Origin: the human T2T-CHM13v2.0 reference genome, Homo sapiens
Reading direction: 5' to 3' (one strand)
Length of the DNA stretch: 64,000 bases
Assembly: GCF_009914755.1 (NCBI RefSeq)
Contig: NC_060935.1
The notes beneath the pieces were generated by a model that saw only the letters and a list, made by a program, of their open reading frames with translations, had not been told where the DNA came from and made no database searches. The position numbers and the translations under genes were made by a program. Below, one piece after another: positions 23,586 to 36,994 of the stretch (the first letter of the stretch is position 1; every line of letters starts with the position of its first letter).

Positions 23586-23878
23586 CACAGTTTATTATCT
23601 TAGTGTGCAGGGGGCTCCAGTGGCCTCTACCTGTAATAGCCCTTGGGTCAGAAGGCAATATGGGAACTCTGAGTGTAAGTTACCCTCTTAGGAACCAGGA
23701 AAATAGCCTAGGTGCTCTGTGGGCAAGTCCTGCAGTAAAACACTTGGGAGGGAAAAACACCTGGGAGGGCAAAACACCTGGGAGGGCAGAAAATGAAATC
23801 TACACTTTATTATTTGCCTATTAGTGAGAGAAACTGCCACATAAAAGTTGCCCATCACTTTTTATCTAGCTGGTATTA

Positions 23879-25046
<1,168 letters not shown>

Positions 25047-25875
25047 TTATGAAATGGAACTGTGGAGTAATTCTTTCATGACATTCATAGGCCAAAAAAT
25101 ACCTAACAGCAGTTCGATAGTGTCATGAAAAAATTACTATGTTGTTGGACCTATTTATGAAATGAAATTGTTAGGTATTTTTTGGCCAATGGTGTCAGGA
25201 AAAAATTACTGAGACACCCAAGACAAGTGAAGGAGAGTGTTCGAAGCCTCTACCTCAGGGATGTGGTGGGCTTCAGACGTCAGTTTCTGCTGATTCAGCT
25301 CTCCCCGTGATCAGTTTCTGGACTCTGTCTTCAGGGATCCCCAGAGCCAGCTAAAGCAGATGGTGTCTTTGATAGCAGCTTCCTGCACCATCCTGAAGAT
25401 ACTCATAGGCTTCAAGCAGGAAACCTTAGTTTTCCTCATATAGAATCCTTCCTCCTCTATAGTATCTCTGCTTTTCAAATGAGGAGGCAAACATAGAGCA
25501 ATAAAGGAATGTCCCTGAGCTCCCCCAGCCATTAAGCAGTGGAGCTGGCATGCAAACAAGGCTGATGCAGAGTGCTAGCTCTTACCACTGTGCTAGTTGG
25601 CCTCCCAGAAAAATCACTGGACTCACTGAAACCAGGCTAACACATGAGCCAACAGATGCCCCAAGGCCGCACCTCGCCTGGGCACATGGTCCAGATCCCA
25701 CGATCCCAGCAAATGCTTTATTTACCAGCATCACCTGCCAAAGCCACAGACGACAAACTCTCCTTGGGGGAAGAAGGCTTCAATCTCTCTGGTCAATCTC
25801 AGTGCCGTCAGCCTCTCTGAGAGTCTGCGTCTTGCAGCCTCACCCTTAAAAGTGAGTTTCCCAGGGTGTGGGCAT

Positions 25876-26162
25876 TTTCTTTTCTTTTCTTTTTTTAAAC
25901 AGAGTTTCACTCGTCACCCAGGCTGGAGTGCAGCTCACTGCAACCTCCACCTTCTGGGTTCAAGCGATTCTCCTGCCTCAGCCTCCTGAGTAGCTGGGAT
26001 TACAGGTACCCTCACCATGCCTGGCTAATTTTTGTATTTTTAGTAGAGACATGGTTTCGCCATGTTGGCCAGGCTGGCCTCGAACTCCTGACCTTAAGTC
26101 ATTCCCCACGCCTCAGCCTCCCGAAGTGCTGGGATTACAGGCGTGAGTCACCGCGTCTGGCC
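25876..26162 (-). mobile_element. Alu
   Basis: Antisense Alu with TSD GGTGTGGGCATTTTCT. Confidence 0.93.
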
Positions 26163-26318
26163 AGGTGTGGGCATTTTCTGATTAGAGACTTGGCTATCAC
26201 ATATGGACTGGCTTTGCTGTAGGGGGTAAAGATCACAGGATCTGCCTGGGTTCAAACCCCCACTTACTAGTTGGTCAACTAGGGCAGATGGCTTAATGCA
26301 GTTAGGCAAGTGCCTTCA

Positions 26319-26818
<500 letters not shown>

Positions 26819-27549
26819 CTATTTACATTTGTAATGGCTAGTGCACGAGCATTGGAACCTGGTCTGGAAAGTATCCCTCTCCCCAGGCCTGATTTGCCCG
26901 GAGGTGGGTAAGGGCAAGGTTGGCAGCTAAGGCAGGAAGCAAAGGGCCCAACTGGAGCTCAGTGGTGTCAACTCCCTTCCTCCTCAAGGGTTGCTCCCTG
27001 TCTGTCCCACTAATGTTTGAAAAATATTTTACTGGGTTCCTAGCCCTGAACTTCAGCGTCTCCTGCCCTCCAGGCTGTTATTTTCAGAGGTAGAGATGAG
27101 AGCTGAGATAGGGTCTCCCTTGAGACACTGTCCCTAAAAACTACGACCTTCAGCTCCTAATTGAGGGCTTCCCCGCCCAAACCCACCCCTTCGCAACACA
27201 GCCCCCAGGGAAGGTGTCTAGCCTTTGGAGCACTAGGTGGGGGCGGGGGAAACCTGGTCCTAGGAATTCTAGGCCGCCAGATGAGAGGCGATGCTTTCGC
27301 CCTCCAGGCGAAAGGATTTGTCGGGGAGAGACAGCAAGAGTTCGACCAGCCAGCCACTTTAGAGATTGTCAGGGGCGCTCAGCTCATAGGGTGGCTCGAG
27401 GGCCAGTGCGAAGCTCCCTTAGGGACGAATTTCCACATACGACGAAAGGCATCTGCGAAAGGATGGGCTGTCCCGTGGGGGGAGTCGGCAGATATTTAAG
27501 TAACACTAACATTTAACGAATTAAGCAGCTATTTCTATTTACGGAGCAA

Positions 27550-29250
27550 TTAGTACGCTTTGAGAGAGAGGCCCTACCGAGGCCTCGCGGTGGCTGTAAG
27601 TCCGTGGGGCCGAGGCCAGGTGGCGCCAAAGGCCCATCGACGCCATCTGCCCGGCTGTCCGGGCCCAGTCTCCGGGCTCGCCCAGAGAACCCGAAATCTG
27701 GACAAACGGAAACCGTAGGTGGAGGAAGAAGAGGGCTCCAGGGCCAGGTTCAAGGGCATCGTGGTGAGAGATGAGGGGTTCGGAGGACTGGTGGATCTGG
27801 GCATATCGCGAAGGTGGTAAGGGACCCAGGGGTGGAGTGGGCGGTGCTTGCGCCAAGAGGGTGAGCCTGAGTGTGGGCGGGGCGTGCGATAAGAGGCTCG
27901 CTCGGTAGCGCTCTTCGCAGAGCCGTATTTGTGCGCTACGCCGCAGCCAGGGCGCTCTGGGTGGGCGGGACTCCAGGGCCCCCAGGGGCGTGGCTTGCAG
28001 CTTTCGTGGGCGGCCCCGGGGGCGGGGCTCCGTGTAGGTGAACCGCTACCTCCGCTCGATGTGTGAGGTGTGACAGTCCTACGAGGGCGCAGTTCTTCCA
28101 CTTTTGTGAGCTTGAGAGGGGGCGGAGCTTGTAGCTGGGGACGGAGCCTGAAGAGGAGGTTGAGGGGAACTTCACACGTTTCCCTGGAGGGCGGAGTTTA
28201 CATCGTCCCCCGACAGAGTTAAGACCTCTGAGGGATTCCCTGCAGTGTCCAGGGCTCTGTGAGGCGAAGCTTGCAGTTGTGTTGGGCGGGGCCTGTAGCG
28301 CCGCGTGAAGAGAATGTGTAAACTCGGGGCGAAGTTCATACCTCCTAGAAGCCGAGACTAATAGTTCCGCCAATCTGCGCGCGCCGAGCGGAGGAGGTGG
28401 GGCTTGTAGGTTGTGGGCGGGGGACTGGGCGGGGCCAAGAGGGCAGGGGGCGGGCACAATCGCTGCTGGAATCTTTGAGTTGGCAGGGGCGGGGCTTGTG
28501 GCTTTGTGGGCGGGGCCTCTGGAGAGCTCCCGGGGGCTCTCTTCTGTTCTGCAGCGAGTAGGCGTGGCTCGTAGCTCCCAGGTCCGGGCTGATACCGCTG
28601 GAGTATGCAGTTCGCCGCCGCGCCCGAATGAGGCGGGGCCTGCGAGTAAGTGGGCTGAGCCCGGGCTGGGCGCAGGCCGGGGCTCTGCCCTGGGAGGCCG
28701 TCTGTTTAGGCCCGCACGCAGCTCCGCATCTGGTGCTCATTACCAGATGACAAAGAGCCGGCTCTGGGCCCCCTTCCCCACTCCCATCCCCCGCCTCCGA
28801 CTGCAGTGTATTTAACTGTTTCCTGCCCTCGAGGCGCTCTAGATCCCTACCCGAGGTCACGGAGGGGACTCCAGACCATCCCGTCTCTGCAGGCCTTGTC
28901 GCTCCCCAGGCTTCCTCACCTCCTTCCCAGACTCAGCCGTCTGGGCCGCCTCGCAACCCTCATTGGCATCCAGCAAACCTGCCCGACGGCGTCTCCGAGG
29001 TTAAAGCTGTGCAGGATCTGGCGGGGACGTCTGGTTTGAGTTAGGGGAACGTGAGAGCGGGGACCGGGGGCGGTGCGTAGCGTTCCCTCCGCCCCCTCCG
29101 CGACCCCCTGGTTCATCCCCAGCTCCGGCCCCTCCTTTCCTGGTTCCCTGGGGCCCAGCTCAGCCTTCCAGCTCAGGTCCAGGCCCGAAGGGGGCGCTGG
29201 GCCACTCCTCCTCGCCTGCCCGGGTGGTCGTGGCGGCTCTGCCCCGTCCT
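27550..29250. promoter_or_regulatory. Orphan CpG island with many GC boxes, not at the 5' end of any recognised protein-coding gene
   Basis: CpG-dense, with about ten GGGCGGRG elements at 27875-28640. Confidence 0.8.
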
Positions 29251-30162
29251 AATTAGAGGCCCCCAAGAGGCTGTAACTGAAAAATTACAGAGGCGGTGGG
29301 AACTGGCGCCTCCCCTCCCCAGGTCTCACCCCCGCCCCCCAAGGCAGTGAGCCCGAAATGAGGGAGGTCACTCCCACCAGGCTGTGATCTTTGACCAGGC
29401 CCTCCAGTTCCTGGGACACTTCAGTCCTGAGCAGCCGGAGCCCTCGCTCAAGCTCAGGTCTGCTGAGCTCTGTCTGTCCCCCACCACCCCCAGCCAACAT
29501 GGACAAGAGCAACGTGCGGCCCTGGCAAAAGGAGGCCTTGCTCCTGCGGCTGTCCAAGCAGTTAGCATGGGATCTCTCCCAGGTTCCCGGCCTTTCCCAT
29601 CCCAGCCTCCTCCCCGGAGCAAGCGGAGGAATGCCTCCAAGAGCACCCACAAACCAGGGGTTGGCAGTCCCCTTGAGTTACCCTGAGCCCCAGCCCCCAA
29701 CTTCCGCGAAGCTTACAGGGATGGGAAGGGAAGTGTCTGAAGAAAGGAGCAACTCACCCACTAGACCCCTCCTTCACTCCTCTGAATCACCAGCCCCAGA
29801 GCCTACTTTGACCCCTAAACCCCAGTCCGGTTCAGCAGATGCCCTAATTCCACAACCGTCCCCCAGATTCAGCCCCACCTTCTTGGAGCTTTGGTAAAAT
29901 AAGGAATAAATATGAAATTCTCCCCATGCCAAACCTCCCACTGCTGGGCTCAACTGTGTGACCTTGGGCAAGGCTCTGCCCTCTCTGGGCTCCTGCTTCC
30001 CTGAGAATCTCTGAGGCATACCCTCCCTTAAAGGGATCTTACCTTATCTCTTTGAGGACTCAGACAAACTGAAGGAAGATCCCCTCCTTTTTGCTGAGTC
30101 CTCCCAGAACCTCCCTTAAGCACCAGTGGGGGTCAGAAGCCTTGGGTAAGGTTGACACCCCA

Positions 30163-30168
30163 TTTATT
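30163..30168 (-). terminator. CD248 polyadenylation signal AATAAA
   Basis: TTTATT on + strand, about 240 nt past the CD248 stop. Confidence 0.85.
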
Positions 30169-30406
30169 GGAGAAGACCCCAGCACCCGCCCCCTGAGGTC
30201 TTAAGGGCTTTGGTGTATCCTTGGTCACGAGCGCTGGGCCAGGAAGCAGAGTTCCTGAGAGCCAAGTCTAGTGGTTGAGAGAGGACCCTGGCTGGGCCTG
30301 GGGAGCAGGAAGCCATCTGTCCAGCTGGGCAGCCCCCATGGGTCCCTGGTGCAGCCCCGGCCATGTGTCCAGCGCCCCATACTCCATGAGGGGGGTCTGC
30401 ACCCCA

Positions 30407-32680
30407 TCACACGCTGGTTCTGCAGGTCTGCACCCCTGTGAGGCTGCCCCTGGGGGGCATGGGTTCTGTTGGGCTCTTGCTCCCAGCATGGATGACCCAG
30501 CGATAGCAGTCAGTGATGCGCTTGTTGGGTGCATGGGGGCCACAGCGGGTGCAGTACACGATGCCCAGTGCAAGCAGGACCACCAAAAAGACACACGTTG
30601 GCACCAGGAGTGCCACCAGCAGCCACCGGTCATCCCTCTGGCTGTGCTCGGCAAGACCAGCCTCCCCCAGGGCTGTTGGGGCTGCTGTGGGAGCTGGTGA
30701 GGGCAGCCACAGGGCCAACTTGGGACTGGGGCCATCTTCCCTTGGGATTTGGGGGGCTTTGGAATGGGGATGTGTAGGGCTGATGGGTGAGGTCTGGTTA
30801 GTGGGGCTCTGAGAGGGCAGGAGGGTGGGGAGGGCTGCGGGCTGGGTGGCAGCAGGCACAGAGATTTGATGGGCAGGAGACACAGGGGACCTGGAGGTGG
30901 TGGTCAGAGAGGGCTGGGCAGTTGGGATAATGGGAAGCTGGGTGGCCTGGGTTCTGAGGACAAGGGCATCTGGGGCTTGAGGGGGTAGCTGGGCACCGAG
31001 GGTGGTGACCAGAGGGGCATGGTTAGGTGGGATTCCAGGCAAATGAGTGGTGGTCTGGGTGCCAGCGACCCGGGTGTCTGGAAACATGGGGGACTGGTGG
31101 GCAGGGAAGAGCTCCGGATATTTGGTTGAGATCATAGGGGGCTGGTGGGCAGGAGGCTGTGCTGAATGAGAGACAGAGAGAATACCGGGTTGGTAGGCAG
31201 AAGGCAGATCTGGATAGTTGGCTGCGATCACGGGGATCTGGTGGTCACGGGACAAAGCTGGGTGTGTGGCAGGGATCACAGGAGGCTGGTGGGCAGAAGG
31301 CAGTGTGGGACGCGTGGCAGAGACCACCACAGGCCGGGTGACGGAGAGCACTGAGGAGTGGTAGGGGACCCTGGGGGCACTGAGCGGGGGTGGCCAGGTG
31401 GGCTCCGGGTAGGGTATCTGTGGCTCTCTGTCCTCTGGGAAGCTCGGTCTATAGGCCAGGGCAAAGTCAGGCGGCTGCGTAGGCTCCATCCACAGGATCC
31501 CAGGCATCTCCGTCCAGCCACCGTTGAAGGCCTTCCAGGCCTCGTCTTCATCTTCCTCATCCTCCCCGTCATCCAGCAACTCATCTCCGAGGTCCTGGGA
31601 AGCCTGGGCACCCATGGCCCCTGCAGGGCTGCAGCTGATGCCATCAGCCTCCAGCTCATGTCCCTCGCTACAATAACACTCGAAGCCACCAACGTAGTTG
31701 ACACACATCTGCTGGCACACACCGGCAATCTGGCACTCATCTGTGTCCACACAGCGGTGCGGATCATCCTCCGCTGGCCGGAAACCCAGGCGACAGTGGC
31801 AGCTGTAGCCTTGTGGCCCACCGGGCTCACACTGCTGCTCGCACGGAGCCTGGGCACAGGGGTCCTCGCAACTGCGCCCGTCTGCTGCCAGCCGGAAGCC
31901 CTCAGTGCAGCGGCAGGACACGTGACCATCCACCTCCTCCACACATTCGTGTTCGCAGCCCCCATTGTCAGGGCTGCAGCCAGTCCCCAGGCACAGGGGC
32001 CCAGCCCGTGACCAGCCCACACCTCCCTCAGGCTGCTTCACGCAGAGCAGAGAGGCTCCCCTGCCAGCCTGGCACTGCACAGCGGCCACAGAGCCGAAGG
32101 GCAGCCACTCAAACTCTGTGGAGACCAGGTGGAAGGGCGTGGTATACACGGCTGGGCCGGCCTGGCCCGCCTCATCTTGCAGCGCCGGGCAGGCGCCCTC
32201 GAAGCCAAACTGGCACAGGTAGCCGTCGACAGCCAGCGTGCACGAGCCCTCCAGCCAGCGGTGCTCGCCACTTGCCTCCAGGGCCACACAGCGCTGGGCC
32301 GGGCAGGGGCCTCCAGAGGCTGGCTGGGCCCAGTTGGTGAAAGCCGTGTCCTGGTCCCCTGTGGTCCACGTGAAGCCGCGCAGTGGGCGCTGCAGCTGGC
32401 ATTGCCGGGCCTGCCGCTGCAGCCCGATCCACAGCAGCCGGCTGGCTGGGCCCGCACCCACCAGGCTGTCCACACGCTGGGCCTCCTCGGGGGTCCGAGG
32501 AGTGGCCAGGTCGCCCCCCAGCTCGCGGCAGGCCCGCCAGGCCTCCAGGAAGGTGCGGCGCCGTGGGAAGAGAGCGTAGCAGCTGCTGGGGCCGCAGGCG
32601 GCACGGGGCTCAGCAGCCCAGGGGTCCTGGCCCAGTGTGGGCCCTGCGGCCGCCCAGGCCAGCAACAGGCGCAGCAGCAT
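30407..32680 (-). CDS. CD248: CD248 / endosialin / TEM1 (757 aa, intronless): signal peptide, C-type lectin, sushi, 3 EGF, mucin stalk, TM, PDZ-binding tail RTSV
   Basis: Single 757-aa ORF MLLRLLLAWAAAGPTLGQDPWAAEP...WIGL...CVDTDECQIAGVCQQMCVNYVGGFECYC...WLLVALLVPTCVFLVVLLALGIVYC...QTCRTSV. Confidence 0.99.
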   Translation of the reverse strand: MLLRLLLAWAAAGPTLGQDPWAAEPRAACGPSSCYALFPRRRTFLEAWRACRELGGDLATPRTPEEAQRVDSLVGAGPASRLLWIGLQRQARQCQLQRPLRGFTWTTGDQDTAFTNWAQPASGGPCPAQRCVALEASGEHRWLEGSCTLAVDGYLCQFGFEGACPALQDEAGQAGPAVYTTPFHLVSTEFEWLPFGSVAAVQCQAGRGASLLCVKQPEGGVGWSRAGPLCLGTGCSPDNGGCEHECVEEVDGHVSCRCTEGFRLAADGRSCEDPCAQAPCEQQCEPGGPQGYSCHCRLGFRPAEDDPHRCVDTDECQIAGVCQQMCVNYVGGFECYCSEGHELEADGISCSPAGAMGAQASQDLGDELLDDGEDEEDEDEAWKAFNGGWTEMPGILWMEPTQPPDFALAYRPSFPEDREPQIPYPEPTWPPPLSAPRVPYHSSVLSVTRPVVVSATRPTLPSAHQPPVIPATHPALSRDHQIPVIAANYPDLPSAYQPGILSVSHSAQPPAHQPPMISTKYPELFPAHQSPMFPDTRVAGTQTTTHLPGIPPNHAPLVTTLGAQLPPQAPDALVLRTQATQLPIIPTAQPSLTTTSRSPVSPAHQISVPAATQPAALPTLLPSQSPTNQTSPISPTHPHSKAPQIPREDGPSPKLALWLPSPAPTAAPTALGEAGLAEHSQRDDRWLLVALLVPTCVFLVVLLALGIVYCTRCGPHAPNKRITDCYRWVIHAGSKSPTEPMPPRGSLTGVQTCRTSV

Positions 32681-32689
32681 CGCGATGCC

Positions 32690-32920
32690 CCCGGACTGGT
32701 CCGGCCCCGGGCTGGCGGCAGCTCTTGACAGGGGGAGGGCCTGGGGCCTCCTGCGGGCGGGCCGGGGGCGGGCCTGGGGCCGGGCTCAGGCCTTGTAAGG
32801 AGTGGGCTGGGGCGGCTGCCAGCTCCCTGCTCCCTCTTCCCCGGGGGCCGCTAGAGCAGGAAGCAGTGGGGTGGGGGGCTCTAAGGTTGGGGGCGGAGGA
32901 GGGGAGAAGGCGCAGTTGAC
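32690..32920 (-). promoter_or_regulatory. CD248 proximal promoter (GC boxes, CArG-like box, ETS core)
   Basis: GGGGCGGG repeats at 32755-32815; CCTTGTAAGG at 32791-32800; CAGGAAG at about 32858. Confidence 0.75.
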
Positions 32921-34379
32921 GGCTGCCCCAGGCCCCATGGGGCTGAGAGTCAGGGGGTGGGAAAAGCCTGCCTGCCGAGCTCTGTGACCCTCAAGTTGGG
33001 GCTCGGGGCTGTGGGGTGAGGTCGCTTCCCAGAGACTCAGAGACCCAAATCTGGACACAGCAGCCCCATCACACCCGGGAGCAGTCTCAGCCCAGCTGCT
33101 CGCCATGCACGGGAACACCCTCATGCCCACTCCTTTCTTGCCCCACAGACGCGCGCATGCGCCTCCCCCACCCCCAACCCCATGCAAGAGTGCACTCTCT
33201 GCCAAGCTGTTTGTCCCTTCACCTCACCGTGGACCTATGCTGGCTTGCAGATGACTCCCTTGCCACACGTACACACATTCTGACATGCTGAGACCCTAGG
33301 TGCACATACAAAAATGGTGTGGCATTCTACATGGCCTGACATATGAAGACCTCCGATTCGGCCTGAATGGAAACAGCTTGGTCACCCAGGCACAGGCATC
33401 CTCAGCCTCTCATTTATTTACTGAGCCCCTGCGTCAGCCTCTCCCCCTATACTCAAGCTTTCTGGTTCCAGCTGGGCCAGCGTGTGGGGGTGTTGGGGGA
33501 GTGAGGGGGCCAGGGGCTGCCCTCCCCTCACCCCAGCTCAGCCTGGGGCCCTGGGAACCTGGGCTTAGAGGGGGAGGAGGCAGCCCCTAAACAGGAAATG
33601 CCTCTCTGGGCTCCTGCGTCAGGAAGGCAGGGTGCGTGGTTTAGGGGGCTGGGTGGGGGCTGGGCTGCACGCAGGATGTGGAAGGCTGTGAGGGGACCCA
33701 TGCAAGGCCATGTATGGGCATGGGGCACACAGTGACATATATGTGTATATGTGACACAGGCATCACGTGTGTGGAGCGCTCCCTGCCCCCGGGGCCTGCT
33801 GTTTCGGCCTGGCCAGGGTCCTCTTCCCGCCCTTCCTGGAGGCCTCTGGAGGCATGTGCACTGAGCCCATCATCCAGGATGGCCTCTGGGGAGCTGGCTG
33901 GCGGATTAACCCATGCACACCCGCTGCACTCTTAGCAGAAGTTAGAAACAGTGTGGGGAGGTGGGGGAGAGGTTCCGCCCTTCAGTAAACTGCCCTGATG
34001 CAGCTTCCCCCTCTGCCACAGATGGATCGACTTTGTGACTGCAGGGGAGTCACTGGCCCTCTCTGGGTCTCCTTTTTTCTCAGTTGCAACATGAGGGCAA
34101 TGAGTCCAGGATTTTTAGCTCAGCAGGGCTGAGATATTGCGTCACAGCGCTCAGTGTTTGCAAATGTGCTTTGTCAGCTGTGGAGCCTGAAGCAAATGTT
34201 CCTGTCTTCTGAGCATATGTGGTGGGTGGAGACCAGGGTGCGTTTTTGCAAACCACCTTACAGTGCCTAGGCTGGCCCTGCAGACCCAGCCAGCCCCTCG
34301 AGAACCAGGGCTTAGGAAGTTCTTGCCATATGCCTGGAAGTTCCTTCTTACAAGGTCTATACATGTGAAGCACACAGAA

Positions 34380-35040
34380 TGACTCCCCTTCTCAGGAGAC
34401 AAAAGTCAAGATGGAGGAGTTCATCCTTCTGTTGGCTCAGGCCCCAAACCTTGAGGTCATGCTTGACTCCTCTCTTTCTCCCACAGCCCACATCCAGTCT
34501 CTCAGCAAATCCTGTTGGCTTCACTTTCAAAAGAGATCCAGAATCTGACCACTCCTGGACACCTTCTTTGCCACCCACCCCCGGCCCAGGTGGCTAGCAA
34601 CGCCAATCTAGATTTCCCCAACAGCCTCTCCCGTGGTGTCTCTCTTGCCCTCTCCATCCTGCCAGAGGGATCCTTTCAAAATCCAAGTCAGATCTGATCA
34701 CTTCTCCATTCAGAACCCTCTGAGCCCCCCATCTCGCTTAGAGGAAGGGCCACAGTCCTTGCCATGGCCTCCTGGTCTATGTCATCTGCCTCCAAACTCT
34801 GGCCTCATTGCTGTTCCTTAAATGCTCCAGACACTCTGCCTCACAGCCTTGGTCTTGGCTGTTCCTGCTGCCTGGAATGCTCTTCCTCCAATATAAAAAT
34901 GCTCTGCTTCTTTACCTTCTCCAGGGCTCAGCTCAAGTACCAGAGTCCTTGACCATCTCACCCCACCCCACACCGCCCCCTGGGGCTCCTTGACCACTGG
35001 ATCTTCCTGCATTTTCTCGCTCTGCACTTATCACTATCTG
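34380..35040. mobile_element. L2 fragments
   Basis: Typical L2 ORF2/3' sequence (AAACCTTGAGGTCATGCTTGACTCCTCTCTTTC...). Confidence 0.65.
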
Positions 35041-35046
35041 ACATTA

Positions 35047-35800
<754 letters not shown>

Positions 35801-35832
35801 GAAAGAGAGAACGAACGAAAGAAAGAAAGAGA

Positions 35833-36990
35833 AAAGACTTACATGTTAGACCTAAAACCATAAAAACTCTAGAAGAAAACCTAGGCAATACCACTCAGGA
35901 CATAGGCATGGGCAAGGACTTGATGTCTAAAACACCAAAAGCAATGGCAACAAGAGCCAAAATTGACAAATGGGATCTAATTAAACTAAAGAGCTTCTGT
36001 ACAGCAAAAGAAACCACCATCAAAGTGAACAGGCAACCTACAGAATGGGAGAAAGTTTTTGCAACCTACTCATCTGACAAAGGGCTAATATCCAGAATCT
36101 ACAATGAACTCAAACAAATTTACAAGAAAAAGCAAACAACCCTATCAAAAAGTGGGCGAAGGATATGAACAGACAGTTCTCAAAAGAAGACAATTATGCA
36201 GCCAAAAAAAAACACATGAAAAAATGCTCATCATCACTGGCCATCAGAGAAATGCAAATCAAAACCACAATGAGATACCATCTCACACCAGTTAGAATGG
36301 CGATCATTAAAAAGTCAAGAAACAACAGGTGCTGGAGAGGATGTGGAGAAGTAAGAACACTTTTACACTGTTGGTGGGACTGTAAACTAGTTCAACCATT
36401 GTGGAAGTCAGTGTGGTGATTCCTCAGGGATCTAGAACTAGAAATACCATTTGGCCCAGCCATCCCATTACTGGATATATACCCAAAGGATTATAAATCA
36501 TGCTGCTATAAAGACACATGCACACGTATGTTTATTGCGGCACTATTCACAATAGCAAAGGCTTGGAACCAACCCAAATGTCCAACAATGATAGACTGTA
36601 TTAAGAAAATGTGGCACATATACACCATGGAATACTACGCAGCCATAAAAAATGATGAGTTCATGTCCTTTGTAGGGACATAGATGAAGCTGGAAGCCAT
36701 CATTCTCAGCAAACTATCGCAAGGACAAAAAAAACCAAACACCGCATGTTCTCACTCATAGGTGAGAATTGAACAATGAGAACACGTGGACACAGGAAGG
36801 GGAACATCACACACTGGTGACTGTTGTAGGGTGGGGGATGGGGGAGGGATAGCATTAGGAGATATACCTAATGCTAAATGACAAGTTAATGGGTGCAGCA
36901 CACCAACATGGCAAATGTATACATATGTAACAAACCTGCACGTTGTGCATGTGTATCTTAAAACTTAAAGTATAATAATAATAATAAAAA
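35833..36990 (+). mobile_element. 5'-truncated L1PA (about L1PA3/4): end of ORF2 and 3'UTR
   Basis: ORF2 C-terminal peptides [35 protein letters not shown] and [22 protein letters not shown]...CWRGCGE...[17 protein letters not shown]; 3'UTR G-tract; ...AAAACTTAAAGTATAAT tail. Confidence 0.95.
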
Positions 36991-36994
36991 TTTT

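Noticed and set aside
35908-36419. ORFs resembling reverse transcriptase C-terminus
   Set aside because: Frameshifted ORF2 remnants of a truncated L1PA, not a gene.
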